Source: Bacillales bacterium UBA2450 (lineage in GTDB: Bacteria; Bacillota_I; Bacilli_A; RFN20; CAG-826). From it: 64,000 bases of DNA. Every line of letters begins with the position of its first letter. Positions within the stretch are counted from its first letter, which is position 1. The notes under the pieces are model-generated. The model saw only the letters and a list, made by a program, of their open reading frames with translations, was not told where the DNA came from and ran no database searches. The DNA is taken from assembly GCA_002342545.1 (NCBI GenBank), contig DDQE01000050.1, positions 3,258 through 67,257 of the forward strand, in the 5' to 3' direction. Shown piece by piece: positions 9,688 through 18,287 of this stretch. Made by a program: the position numbers and the translations under genes.

Positions 9688-10912
9688 GTTAGACGAAATT
9701 AGAAAACAATTTCCAATGCTCAATAATAAGACTATGCAAGGTGAGCCTTTAGTGTTCCTTGATAATGCTTCAACTACCTTTAAACCATATTCAGTTATTA
9801 AAGCAATTGAAGAATATTACACTGAGTACACTGCTAACCATCATCGTGGGGACTATGATCTTTGCTATAAAGTGGATATGAAAGTCCAAGAAGTTAGAAG
9901 AAAAATTGCTAATTTTATTAATTCTGACGTTAATGAAGTAGTGTTTACTTCTGGAGATACTGAAGCTTTAAATTTGATTGCCTATGGTTATGCTTTATCT
10001 AATTTAAAGAAAGATGATGTTATTTTATTAAGTTTAGAAGAACATGCTTCTAATACTTTGCCTTGGTATCGAATTTGCGAATTAACTGGGGCAAAAGTAG
10101 AATTTGTCGAGTTAGAAGATAAAAAGATTACTGTTAACAAAGTTAAAAAAGCATTTAAAAAATATCAAAATATTAAAATTGTGTCTTTTGCCCATGTTGG
10201 CAATGTACTTGGATATGAAATAGATGCAAAAGGTATTGCTAAAGTAGCGCATGAACATAACGCAATCTTTGTTTTAGATGGCGCTCAATCTGTACCACAT
10301 ATTAAAACTGATTTTAAAGATTTAGATGTTGATTTTATTACTTTCTCCGCTCATAAAATGTGTGGACCGACTGGAGTAGGAGCCTTAATTGGTAAATATG
10401 ATTTACTCCAAAAGATGTCTTTATTTAAGACTGGTGGAGGAATGAATGTTAAATTTTCTAAAGATATGAATGTTATTCCTTTAGATGCTCCATATAAATT
10501 TGAAGCTGGTACTTTAAATATCGCTGGTATTGTTGGCTTTGGAGCCGCGATTGATTTTATTAACTCAATTGGTATTGATAACATTCATCAATATGAATTA
10601 GAACTAGCGGATTACGCTCTTTCTAAACTAGAAAAATGTAAAGACATTGTTATTTATAATAAAGATTCTAATTCTGGAATAATCGCTTTTAATCGAGTGG
10701 GTGTTTTTGCTCAAGATGAAGCGACTTTACTTAACTCTAAAGGAATTGCCGTTAGAAGCGGACAACACTGCGCGAAAATGATTGATGAAGTGATTGATAC
10801 TGTCGCTACTGTAAGAGCGAGTTTCTATTTATATACTTCTAAAAAAGAGATTGATGTATTCGTTGATAATTTAATTAATGGAGGAGATATTTTAGATGCC
10901 TATTTTAAGTAA
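9680..10912 (+). CDS. sufS: Cysteine desulfurase SufS (class V aminotransferase)
   Basis: ATG at 9680 follows AAGGAG. The PLP-lysine region SFSAHKMCGPTGVG and the C-terminal RSGQHCA loop are typical. Overlaps the sufD stop. Confidence 0.9.
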   Translation: MYKLDEIRKQFPMLNNKTMQGEPLVFLDNASTTFKPYSVIKAIEEYYTEYTANHHRGDYDLCYKVDMKVQEVRRKIANFINSDVNEVVFTSGDTEALNLIAYGYALSNLKKDDVILLSLEEHASNTLPWYRICELTGAKVEFVELEDKKITVNKVKKAFKKYQNIKIVSFAHVGNVLGYEIDAKGIAKVAHEHNAIFVLDGAQSVPHIKTDFKDLDVDFITFSAHKMCGPTGVGALIGKYDLLQKMSLFKTGGGMNVKFSKDMNVIPLDAPYKFEAGTLNIAGIVGFGAAIDFINSIGIDNIHQYELELADYALSKLEKCKDIVIYNKDSNSGIIAFNRVGVFAQDEATLLNSKGIAVRSGQHCAKMIDEVIDTVATVRASFYLYTSKKEIDVFVDNLINGGDILDAYFK

Positions 10913-11327
10913 TGATATGATGAGATCCATTATTATGGATCATTCCTCTAACCCAATGAATAAACACCTTCCTAAAGGGGATGGATATGATAAAGTCCAT
11001 ATGCATTCTGATAACTGCATAGATGATTTAGATATTTATTTTAAAGTTGAAGGCGATAAGATCACTGATGCTTGTTTTGAAGGAGTAGCCTGTACAATCT
11101 CTTTAAGTAGCACGGATATTATGTGTGACTTAATTAAAGGAAAAACTAAAAAAGAAGCAGAATATATGATTGATCAATATCAACATATGATGCATGAGGA
11201 AGATTTTGATGCGGATGTTCTTGAAGATGCGATTGTCTTTATTAATACATCTAATCAAGCTGCACGTATTAGATGTGCGACTATTGGCTGGAATGCAGCC
11301 TCTCAATTATTAGAGGATAAAAAATAA
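10896..11327 (+). CDS. sufU: SufU/IscU-type sulfur acceptor and scaffold protein
   Basis: The N-terminal DHSSNP and the Cys-containing [14 protein letters not shown] are typical of Firmicutes SufU. Confidence 0.8.
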   Translation: MPILSNDMMRSIIMDHSSNPMNKHLPKGDGYDKVHMHSDNCIDDLDIYFKVEGDKITDACFEGVACTISLSSTDIMCDLIKGKTKKEAEYMIDQYQHMMHEEDFDADVLEDAIVFINTSNQAARIRCATIGWNAASQLLEDKK

Positions 11328-12727
11328 TGGCCACTAAAGATATTAAATTTCAAAGCGATTATAAATTTGGTTTTAAAGACGAAGATGTCTCTATTTTAAA
11401 AACGGAAAAAGGTCTTAACGAAGATATCGTTAGAAAGATATCTAAATATAAAAATGAACCAGAATGGATGCTTGAATTTAGACTAAAAGCTTTGAAAAGT
11501 TTTAAGGCTATGCCTTTACCTAATTATGGACCAAATTTAAAAGATTTAGATTTTGATTCTTTTACTTATTTTATTAGGCCAAGTGAAAAAGAAGTGAAAA
11601 ACTGGGATGAAGTTCCAGATACGATTAAAAACACTTTTGATAAATTAGGAATTCCTGAAGCTGAACAAAAATATTTAGCGGGTGTTTCCACTCAATATGA
11701 ATCAGAAGTGGTCTATCATAATATGCTTAAAGAAATCGAAGATAAGGGAGTTATTTTCTTATCTACTGATATGGCTCTAAAGTTATATCCTGATTTATTT
11801 AAAAAATATTTTTCTACTGTTATTCCAGTGGCGGATAATAAATTCTCTGCTCTTAATGGAGCGGTGTGGTCTGGAGGTAGCTTTATTTATGTTCCTAAAG
11901 GAGTACATCTAGATAAGCCTCTTCAATCTTATTTTAGAATTAATAATGAAAAGTCTGGTCAATTTGAAAGAACCTTAATCATTGTCGATGAAGGAGCGGA
12001 TGTCCATTATGTAGAAGGATGTACTGCGCCTACTTATTCTAAAGAATCGCTTCATGCGGCAGTAGTAGAGATTATTGTTCTTAAAGGTGGAAAATGTCGA
12101 TATTCGACAGTGCAAAACTGGTCCACTAACATTATTAATCTAGTTACTAAAAGAGCAGTCTGCTATGAAGATGCTACTATGGAGTGGATTGACGGCAATA
12201 TCGGTAGCCAAGTGAATATGAAATATCCTGCTTGTATCTTAAAAGGTAGGGGCGCGAAAGGAACATGTATTTCTATTGCTGTTGCGGGAGCAGGTCAATA
12301 TCAAGATGCTGGAGCAAGAATGATTCATGAAGCAGAAGATACAACTTCTACAATCATTTCTAAATCTATTGTTAAAAATGGTGGAGTCGCTAACTACCGT
12401 GGAACGGTAAGACATAAAGCTAATGCCAAAAACTGCAGAAGTCACGTTGAATGTGACACGCTTATTTTAGATCACTTGTCTAAGAGTGACACCATACCTA
12501 CTAATGAAGTTCATAACAATACTTCTTATATTGAACATGAAGCTACTGTTAGTAAGATTAATGAAGACCAATTATTCTATTTAATGAGTAGAGGTATCTC
12601 AGAAAAAGACGCGACACAAATGATTATTATGGGCTTTATTGAACCATTCTCAAGAGAACTTCCTATGGAATACGCAGTTGAATTAAATCAACTCATTAAA
12701 ATGGATATGGAAGGAAGCGTTGGCTAA
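11327..12727 (+). CDS. sufB: Fe-S cluster assembly protein SufB
   Basis: 466 aa. Conserved C-terminal [21 protein letters not shown]. Confidence 0.9.
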   Translation: MATKDIKFQSDYKFGFKDEDVSILKTEKGLNEDIVRKISKYKNEPEWMLEFRLKALKSFKAMPLPNYGPNLKDLDFDSFTYFIRPSEKEVKNWDEVPDTIKNTFDKLGIPEAEQKYLAGVSTQYESEVVYHNMLKEIEDKGVIFLSTDMALKLYPDLFKKYFSTVIPVADNKFSALNGAVWSGGSFIYVPKGVHLDKPLQSYFRINNEKSGQFERTLIIVDEGADVHYVEGCTAPTYSKESLHAAVVEIIVLKGGKCRYSTVQNWSTNIINLVTKRAVCYEDATMEWIDGNIGSQVNMKYPACILKGRGAKGTCISIAVAGAGQYQDAGARMIHEAEDTTSTIISKSIVKNGGVANYRGTVRHKANAKNCRSHVECDTLILDHLSKSDTIPTNEVHNNTSYIEHEATVSKINEDQLFYLMSRGISEKDATQMIIMGFIEPFSRELPMEYAVELNQLIKMDMEGSVG

Positions 12728-12728
12728 T

Positions 12729-14603
12729 ATGGACTATCAAGTGATTGTTGTTGGTGGAGGACATGCTGGCTTAGAAGCGGCTTTTGCTAGTGCCCATATG
12801 GGCATGAAAACACTTTTAGTGTCCATTAATATCAAGATGATGGGTAATATGCCTTGTAATCCTTCTATTGGTGGGTCCGCTAAAGGTATTGTTGTAAGAG
12901 AAATTGACGCTCTTGGTGGGATGATGGGAATAGCCGCAGATCATCACTATTTACAAATGAAAATGCTTAATACTGGAAAAGGTCCTGGGGTACAGTGTTT
13001 AAGAGCCCAACAAGATAAGCTAGAATATCCAAAATTCCTGCAGGAGATGGCCTTAAATTGTAAAAACCTCACTGTTATTGAAGGAATTGTCAACGAATTA
13101 ATTCATGATGACAATCGTGTTTTTGGAGTTAAGTTAACTGATGGAAGAAGCTTTACTTCTGAGGCAGTTATTTTAAGTACAGGAACATATATGGAATCTT
13201 ATATATTTAGAGGTCATAAAAAGATTCAACAAGGTCCTGATGGAGAAAAGCCTTCTTTAGGTTTATCACCTTATTTAAGAAAGATGGGTATAGAAACTTA
13301 TCGACTTAAAACTGGTACCCCTCCTAGAATTAAAAAAGATTCGATTGATTTTTCTAAAGCAAAATTAGAACCAGGCACTAAAGGTCATTTAGCGTTTTCT
13401 TATACCACAAAGGAATTTATTCCTTTAGAAGAACAAGAACCATGCTATTTAATATATACAAATCAAACTACTCATAACATCATAAAAGAACACTTAGATG
13501 AGACAGCATTATATAGCGGAAATATAGTCGGAGTAGGTCCTAGATATTGCCCATCTATAGAATCTAAAATCATGACTTTTAAGGATAAAGAAAGACATCA
13601 ATTATTCTTAGAACCAGAATCTAGATATACTGACTCTATTTATTTACAAGGTTTCTCCACTAGTATGAGTGAAGAAGTGCAAGAGTTAATGGTGAGGTCT
13701 TTACCTGGATTTGAGCACGCTGTCTTTCTTAAATATGCTTATGCGATTGAATATGACGCGATTAAAACGACAGAATATGGACCAACTTTAGAATTAAAGA
13801 AGTGGCCAGGCTTATATATAGCGGGTCAAATTTGTGGTACTTCTGGCTATGAAGAAGCTGCTGGACTTGGTTTATTAGCGGGCATAAATGCTTCTTTAAA
13901 AATTCTAGGTAAAGAGCCACTTATTTTAAGAAGAGATCAATCCTATATTGGAGTCATGATTGATGATTTAGTCACTAAAGGAACTGAAGAACCTTATAGA
14001 TTACTTTCTTCTAGAGCGGAGTTCCGTTTACTACTTAGACACGATAATGCGGATTTAAGATTAACAGATATTGGTCATCAAATTGGTTTAATTTCTGAAG
14101 ATAGATATAACTACTTCTTAAAAAAGAAACAAAATATTAAAGAAGTATGTGAAATATTAGAGTCAACTTATTTAGGTAAAAGAAAAGATGTTGAAGAATA
14201 TATTATGTCTTTAGGCTTTAACGAGCTTAAAGGTGGGATATTAGCCTCTGAACTACTTAAACGTCCGGGAGTGGAATATTCTAAACTCGCTAAATTTATC
14301 CCTGAATTAGATAAATATGAATTAGATGAGCAGACTATTGAAGAAATTGAAATCATTGAAAAATATGAAGGCTATATTGTTAAACAAAAACGTGACGCAG
14401 AAAATCATCAAAAATTAGAAGAACTCAAAATACCTAATGATATTGATTATACCAATATGTCTGGAATTAGATTAGAAGCTAGAGAGAAATTAAATAAAGT
14501 TAGACCTTTAACAGTAGGTCAGGCTAGTAGAATTTCTGGAGTAAATCCTAGTGATATTTCAATGTTAATATTAAATATAAAGAAGATTCTTAATCATGAC
14601 TAA
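12729..14603 (+). CDS. mnmG: tRNA uridine 5-carboxymethylaminomethyl modification enzyme MnmG (GidA)
   Basis: FAD-binding VIVVGGGHAGLEAA, full length. ATG at 12729 after GGAAGG. The track's TTG at 12720 is less likely. Confidence 0.9.
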   Translation: MDYQVIVVGGGHAGLEAAFASAHMGMKTLLVSINIKMMGNMPCNPSIGGSAKGIVVREIDALGGMMGIAADHHYLQMKMLNTGKGPGVQCLRAQQDKLEYPKFLQEMALNCKNLTVIEGIVNELIHDDNRVFGVKLTDGRSFTSEAVILSTGTYMESYIFRGHKKIQQGPDGEKPSLGLSPYLRKMGIETYRLKTGTPPRIKKDSIDFSKAKLEPGTKGHLAFSYTTKEFIPLEEQEPCYLIYTNQTTHNIIKEHLDETALYSGNIVGVGPRYCPSIESKIMTFKDKERHQLFLEPESRYTDSIYLQGFSTSMSEEVQELMVRSLPGFEHAVFLKYAYAIEYDAIKTTEYGPTLELKKWPGLYIAGQICGTSGYEEAAGLGLLAGINASLKILGKEPLILRRDQSYIGVMIDDLVTKGTEEPYRLLSSRAEFRLLLRHDNADLRLTDIGHQIGLISEDRYNYFLKKKQNIKEVCEILESTYLGKRKDVEEYIMSLGFNELKGGILASELLKRPGVEYSKLAKFIPELDKYELDEQTIEEIEIIEKYEGYIVKQKRDAENHQKLEELKIPNDIDYTNMSGIRLEAREKLNKVRPLTVGQASRISGVNPSDISMLILNIKKILNHD

Positions 14604-15282
14604 GCAAGAATTAATAGTGGAACTAGAGAAACTAAATTTTGATTCTTCTAAAGTAGATAAGTTAGAAGAATATATGTTAGCAACTTTAAAGGCTAATGAG
14701 TCTTTTAATTTAACAGCAATTAAAGATGAAAACAAATTTAGGGAACTGATGATTCTAGATAGTGCGTATCCACTTAAATATTTTGATTTTACTAATAAAA
14801 AAGTGATTGATATTGGTACTGGCGCTGGCTATCCAGGAATGGTGTTAGCCACTTTATCTAAGGGAGAATTTACTTTATTAGATTCTACTAAAAAGAAAAT
14901 TGATTTTATAAGTAATTACTCGACGGAGCACGGTTATTTTAATGTAAATACCGTAGTGGAACGCGCTGAAAACTATGCTAAAAATCATCGAGAAGAATAT
15001 GACTTTGCAGTGGCTCGCGCAGTTTCTGATTTAAAGGTTCTTCTTGAATTAGTACTTCCTTTACTTAAAGTTGGTGGCTACTTTATTGCCCTTAAAGGTT
15101 TAAAGGGAATGGATGAACTAAAGTCTTCTAAAAAAATGTTAGAGAAATTAGGCGGAGAAGTATATTTAACTGATGAATATGAACTTCCTGAATCTAAAGA
15201 AAAAAGAATTAATATCATCATTAAAAAAATAAAGAAAACTAATCTTAAATATCCTCGTCCTTATAATGAGATAATTAAATAA
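14596..15282 (+). CDS. rsmG: 16S rRNA (guanine527-N7)-methyltransferase RsmG (GidB)
   Basis: SAM-binding DIGTGAGYPG. Standard mnmG-rsmG pairing. Confidence 0.9.
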   Translation: MTKQELIVELEKLNFDSSKVDKLEEYMLATLKANESFNLTAIKDENKFRELMILDSAYPLKYFDFTNKKVIDIGTGAGYPGMVLATLSKGEFTLLDSTKKKIDFISNYSTEHGYFNVNTVVERAENYAKNHREEYDFAVARAVSDLKVLLELVLPLLKVGGYFIALKGLKGMDELKSSKKMLEKLGGEVYLTDEYELPESKEKRINIIIKKIKKTNLKYPRPYNEIIK

Positions 15283-15291
15283 TTAACAAAG

Positions 15292-15330
15292 TTAACATCT
15301 ATGATATTGACAAAAGTTGTTAACTTTTTT
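15292..15330. repeat. 39-bp direct repeat, copy 1, upstream of the HipA-like gene
   Basis: ttaacatctatgatattgacaaaagttgttaactttttt matches 16647-16685 at 36 of 39 positions. Confidence 0.8.
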
Positions 15331-15335
15331 ATTAT
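15307..15335 (+). promoter_or_regulatory. Sigma-70-like promoter (TTGACA-17-TATTAT) inside repeat copy 1; would produce a near-leaderless transcript
   Basis: TTGACA at 15307-15312, 17-bp spacer, TATTAT at 15330-15335. The ATG of the next gene is only 6 nt downstream. Confidence 0.5.
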
Positions 15336-15341
15336 ATTTTT

Positions 15342-16643
15342 ATGAAATCTTTTGAAAGTGTATTAAACGAATATAATTCTCTTCCTAACGGTAATGTTTA
15401 TATAAAAGTTATTAAAGGAAATACATATTTTTATTATCAATTTTCTGATAATGGAAAAAAAGTGACCAAATATATTTCTAAGGATGAATATGATGATCTT
15501 TTCATTAAAATCAATCATCGAAAAGAATTATCCAAAATTATTAAGGAAAATCTTAAAGATGAAAATCGTTCCTTATCTTTATCCAATTCTGCAAGAAATT
15601 TGACTGGGTATCTAATGTCCGAAGATAAAATTATTGGGGAATTTGAAAATGGACAATTAATTAAAGGAAACGACAAATTATTGCCTTTAATTATTAAAAG
15701 GACAAAAAGATTAGATAAATTTTTACAAACTAGAGTCATTGACACTAGTAGAACTAACGCTCGATTACTAAAAAAAGCACTCAATATTCATGAAGAAAGC
15801 GATGAATTATTATCTATTTATTCCTATGCGGTAAGTATAACTGATAATTATTGGTTTAAGCCAAAAAAATCAAAACTTAAATATAAAGATGTACAGTTTA
15901 AAAACGATATATTATTTGATGTTTCCTTAAAAGGAAGCTTATCTTATTTTCCTAGAAAGGTTGTCTTGTCGCCTGAATTAACTACCGGTGGAAGTTTTGA
16001 AAAAGGATGGAAAAGAATTGGTAATGAGTGGTGGTTATATAAAGTTGGAACTGATAATGAAAAATTTTCAGAGCTGTTTTATGCAACTTTATTAGAGGAG
16101 TTAAATATTCCAACTGCCCATTATGAACTAGATGATAAATATATAAGAAGTAAGAATTTTGCAGTTGATTATAATTACGAACCAATGTATTCACTCATGG
16201 ATGATAATGACGATTATAGTGATGTTTTAACTGAGCTAATGAAAATTAGTAGAGATATCGCTAGACAATATATGGTTCTAATTTATTTTGATGCATTATT
16301 GAATAATGTTGATCGACATAACGAGAATTATGGGTTTTTAAAAGACAAAAAAACTGGATCTATAATTTCTTTAGCCCCTAATTTTGATAATAATTTATGT
16401 CTTATCAGTAGAAATGAGATTTTAAATTGCTCTGTTAAAGAAGGTTTTTTATCTTATTTCCTTAAATTTTTAAAAGCTAATCAGTTAGCAAAAGATTTAT
16501 TAACAGAATCAAATCTTCCAAGAATTAATGAAAGCATCTTAAATAACTGTTTTAACAAAATCCCAATTAAAGTTAATGAAAAGATGATTACAGAGTTTAT
16601 TTTATCAAGACAAAAATATTTGTTTGATGAAATATTTAAATAA
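15342..16643 (+). CDS. HipA-like Ser/Thr kinase domain protein (HipA_C family), standalone
   Basis: Catalytic-loop and Mg-loop motifs: NNVDRHNENYGFL matches the DxHxxN of HipA, and SLAPNFDNN matches the LAPxYD of HipA. 433 aa. No hipB-like partner nearby. Confidence 0.65.
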   Translation: MKSFESVLNEYNSLPNGNVYIKVIKGNTYFYYQFSDNGKKVTKYISKDEYDDLFIKINHRKELSKIIKENLKDENRSLSLSNSARNLTGYLMSEDKIIGEFENGQLIKGNDKLLPLIIKRTKRLDKFLQTRVIDTSRTNARLLKKALNIHEESDELLSIYSYAVSITDNYWFKPKKSKLKYKDVQFKNDILFDVSLKGSLSYFPRKVVLSPELTTGGSFEKGWKRIGNEWWLYKVGTDNEKFSELFYATLLEELNIPTAHYELDDKYIRSKNFAVDYNYEPMYSLMDDNDDYSDVLTELMKISRDIARQYMVLIYFDALLNNVDRHNENYGFLKDKKTGSIISLAPNFDNNLCLISRNEILNCSVKEGFLSYFLKFLKANQLAKDLLTESNLPRINESILNNCFNKIPIKVNEKMITEFILSRQKYLFDEIFK

Positions 16644-16646
16644 AAT

Positions 16647-16685
16647 TTAACAACTATGATATTTGCAAAAGTTGTTAACTTTTTT
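16647..16685. repeat. 39-bp direct repeat, copy 2, downstream of the HipA-like gene
   Basis: ttaacaactatgatatttgcaaaagttgttaactttttt. Its -35 is degraded to TTTGCA and it has no good -10. Confidence 0.8.
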
Positions 16686-16695
16686 TGTGTATTTA

Positions 16696-16724
16696 TTGAT
16701 ATCTATTTTATTAATACTTAAAAT
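16696..16724 (+). promoter_or_regulatory. Promoter of the FMN riboswitch-ribU transcript
   Basis: TTGATA at 16696-16701, 17-bp spacer, TAAAAT at 16719-16724. The predicted TSS is about 16729, the first base of riboswitch P1. Confidence 0.5.
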
Positions 16725-16728
16725 GTAA

Positions 16729-16837
16729 TTACTTCAGGGCAGCGAAATAACGCGACCGGCGGTATACCCCGCGAGCTAAATAGTATGAACTAGTGAAATT
16801 CTAGTGGCGACAGTAAAGTCTGGATGAGAGAAGTACA
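16729..16837 (+). ncRNA. FMN riboswitch (RFN element)
   Basis: The conserved cores are present: GGGCAGCGAAAUAACGCGACCGGCGGUA and GCGACAGUAAAGUCUGGAUGAGAGAAG. Compare B. subtilis rib: GGGCAGGGUGAAAUUCCCGACCGGCGGUA ... CCGACAGUGAAAGUCUGGAUGGGAGAAG. P1 pairs UACUUC at 16730-16735 with GAAGUA at 16830-16835. Confidence 0.9.
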
Positions 16838-16858
16838 TAGAAATCTATTTTCTATTTT

Positions 16859-16886
16859 TAGCCCCTGAAGTAGAGGGCTATTTTTT
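16859..16886 (+). terminator. Riboswitch expression-platform terminator (attenuator) abutting the ribU start
   Basis: Stem TAGCCC / GGGCTA with a 10-nt loop, then TTTTTT at 16881-16886. The 5' arm (gcccctgaag) can pair instead with cttcagggc of P1, giving an antiterminator. The GGG of the 3' arm is the only SD-like sequence before ATG 16887. Confidence 0.8.
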
Positions 16887-17630
16887 ATGAGAAAAGAAAG
16901 AAGAAATGTAAAAGAAGTTATTTCTAGAATTGCTACTTTAGGCATGCTCAGTGCATTAGGATTTGTTTTAATGGCATTTGCCCAATTTCCTTATCCTGCC
17001 GCTCCTTGGCTTAAAATTGAAATTAGTGAGATAGTGGTCATTATTGCTTATGCTTTATATGGCTTCCCTGGTGGAATATTTGTTGCTTTAGTAAAGGCTG
17101 CTTTAAATTTAGCTGTTAGAGGTTTATCTGGTCCATTTGGAATTGGTGATATCACTGCTTTATTTACTTCTATAATGTTTATTATTGCCTTGCTACTTAC
17201 TAGCCATGTCTTTAAATGGTTTAAGAAAGGATTATTATTTAGAATCTTTGCCTATATTTTTATTGCGGTATTTGTTTCGATTATTTTAACTGGATTTAAT
17301 GCTTTATTTATTACTCCAACTTATTTATCTGGCTCATTTACATCTTGCTTTAATGAAGGTATCGTTCAAAATGTTACCGCTTCCTTAACAGGAGATAAAA
17401 GTTCAATACATAATGCAGGAGCGTATGTAGGCGCAGTTTCTTTAATTTATATTCCATTTAATTTAATGAAGGTAGGAATGTGCTGCGCAATCTATGAATT
17501 ATTGTTTAATAGATTAATCTTTGTCTTTATGAGAAAATCTGAATTTTTCAACAAATATTTTGTTGGTAATATATTTACAAAAGAGGCTGATTATGCAGAT
17601 TCAGTAAATACTGATACACTTGACAATTAA
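16887..17630 (+). CDS. ribU: FMN-riboswitch-controlled membrane transporter, RibU-like (ECF S-component) riboflavin transporter
   Basis: 247-aa polytopic membrane protein directly downstream of the FMN riboswitch. Gly/Ala-rich TM helices are typical of ECF S-components. Confidence 0.6.
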   Translation: MRKERRNVKEVISRIATLGMLSALGFVLMAFAQFPYPAAPWLKIEISEIVVIIAYALYGFPGGIFVALVKAALNLAVRGLSGPFGIGDITALFTSIMFIIALLLTSHVFKWFKKGLLFRIFAYIFIAVFVSIILTGFNALFITPTYLSGSFTSCFNEGIVQNVTASLTGDKSSIHNAGAYVGAVSLIYIPFNLMKVGMCCAIYELLFNRLIFVFMRKSEFFNKYFVGNIFTKEADYADSVNTDTLDN

Positions 17631-17660
17631 GCGCTATTCAGTTATCTTTTAGTTGTGGTT

Positions 17661-17698
17661 GACCAACCTAGCGCTTATCGCTTGGTGGGTCTTTTTTT
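17661..17698 (+). terminator. Rho-independent terminator after ribU
   Basis: gaccaacctagcg cttat cgcttggtgggtc gives 11 of 13 bp paired, followed by TTTTTTT at 17692-17698. Confidence 0.6.
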
Positions 17699-17751
17699 AT
17701 AATCAATAGGATTATGATGATCTCAAATAGAGCCACGATAATTTCTTTCAT
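17668..17751 (-). CDS. Speculative 27-aa hydrophobic micropeptide (MKEIIVALFEIIIILLIIKKDPPSDKR)
   Basis: ATG at 17751-17749 follows GGTAGGAGGGAG with 7-nt spacing. A single TM-like helix with a basic tail. Overlaps the ribU terminator on the opposite strand. It may be chance. Confidence 0.2.
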   Translation of the reverse strand: MKEIIVALFEIIIILLIIKKDPPSDKR

Positions 17752-17977
17752 ATAAAACTCCCTCCTACCTCGACTCATCTAACGCATAGATGATCTAGAT
17801 AAAAAGAAACTGAAGATGAAAGAAAATCACTAGAGTCATCCAAAGTGCGCCTCTTGAATGAGTCTCGGATTATAGAAACTTAAAAAAGTCCCTACATTAT
17901 ATAAAGAGTGGATTTTTTCGATTTTTTTGCAAAAAAAGTTTCTGAGATTGACTCAAAAACTTCATTATGCAAGCATA

Positions 17978-18012
17978 AAAAAACCAGATTATTTTATTAA
18001 CCTGGTTTTTCT
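17978..18012 (-). terminator. Possible terminator downstream of the ferredoxin gene
   Basis: aaccag...ctggtt inverted repeat, flanked by an A-run and a T-run, just 3' of the ferredoxin stop. Confidence 0.35.
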
Positions 18013-18018
18013 ATATCA

Positions 18019-18198
18019 TTACTCTTCTACAGAGATTGCACCAACTGGGCAGACACTAACGGCGTCTTCTTCGCCTTCTCCAGAAACAACTTCTGCTAAT
18101 CCGCTATCGCCGATTGCAAAATCATCTGGGTATGTACCTGCGCAACATCCGCAACCGATGCAAAGACTTTGATCGATTCTGACTTTCTTTTTCGCCAT
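18019..18198 (-). CDS. fer: Small 4Fe-4S ferredoxin (59 aa), absent from the ORF track because it is under 60 aa
   Basis: Minus-strand translation: MAKKKVRIDQSLCIGCGCCAGTYPDDFAIGDSGLAEVVSGEGEEDAVSVCPVGAISVEE. It has the Cx2Cx2C...CP motif of single-cluster ferredoxins. Strong RBS AGGAGGTAAATATCA-ATG. Promoter TTAGCA-18-TATAAT upstream. It overlaps the spurious plus-strand ORF 17927-18172. Confidence 0.8.
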   Translation of the reverse strand: MAKKKVRIDQSLCIGCGCCAGTYPDDFAIGDSGLAEVVSGEGEEDAVSVCPVGAISVEE

Positions 18199-18229
18199 TG
18201 ATATTTACCTCCTAGGTTTTGTTAGGTTT

Positions 18230-18259
18230 ATTATACTATTGCCTAATTTATTTTGCTAA
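18230..18259 (-). promoter_or_regulatory. Ferredoxin promoter (TTAGCA-18-TATAAT on the minus strand)
   Basis: The reverse complement of 18254-18259 is TTAGCA, and of 18230-18235 is TATAAT. A TTGCTA...TATCAT promoter for the ispD-like gene lies divergently on the plus strand. Confidence 0.5.
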
Positions 18260-18287
18260 TTATTATTAAAGAGTTTATCATTTACGC

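Noticed and set aside
16729-16837. Considered a TPP or other riboswitch class for this element
   Set aside because: The two conserved blocks (GGGCAG..GACCGGCGGUA and GACAGU.AAGUCUGGAUG.GAGAAG) are specific to the FMN/RFN element. The THI-box motifs (CUGAGA, ACCUGAUCUGGAU) are absent.
17927-18172. 81-aa plus-strand ORF in the track
   Set aside because: It lies exactly antisense to a much better supported ferredoxin gene (RBS, promoter, Cys motif). Its translation is S/T/P-rich nonsense.
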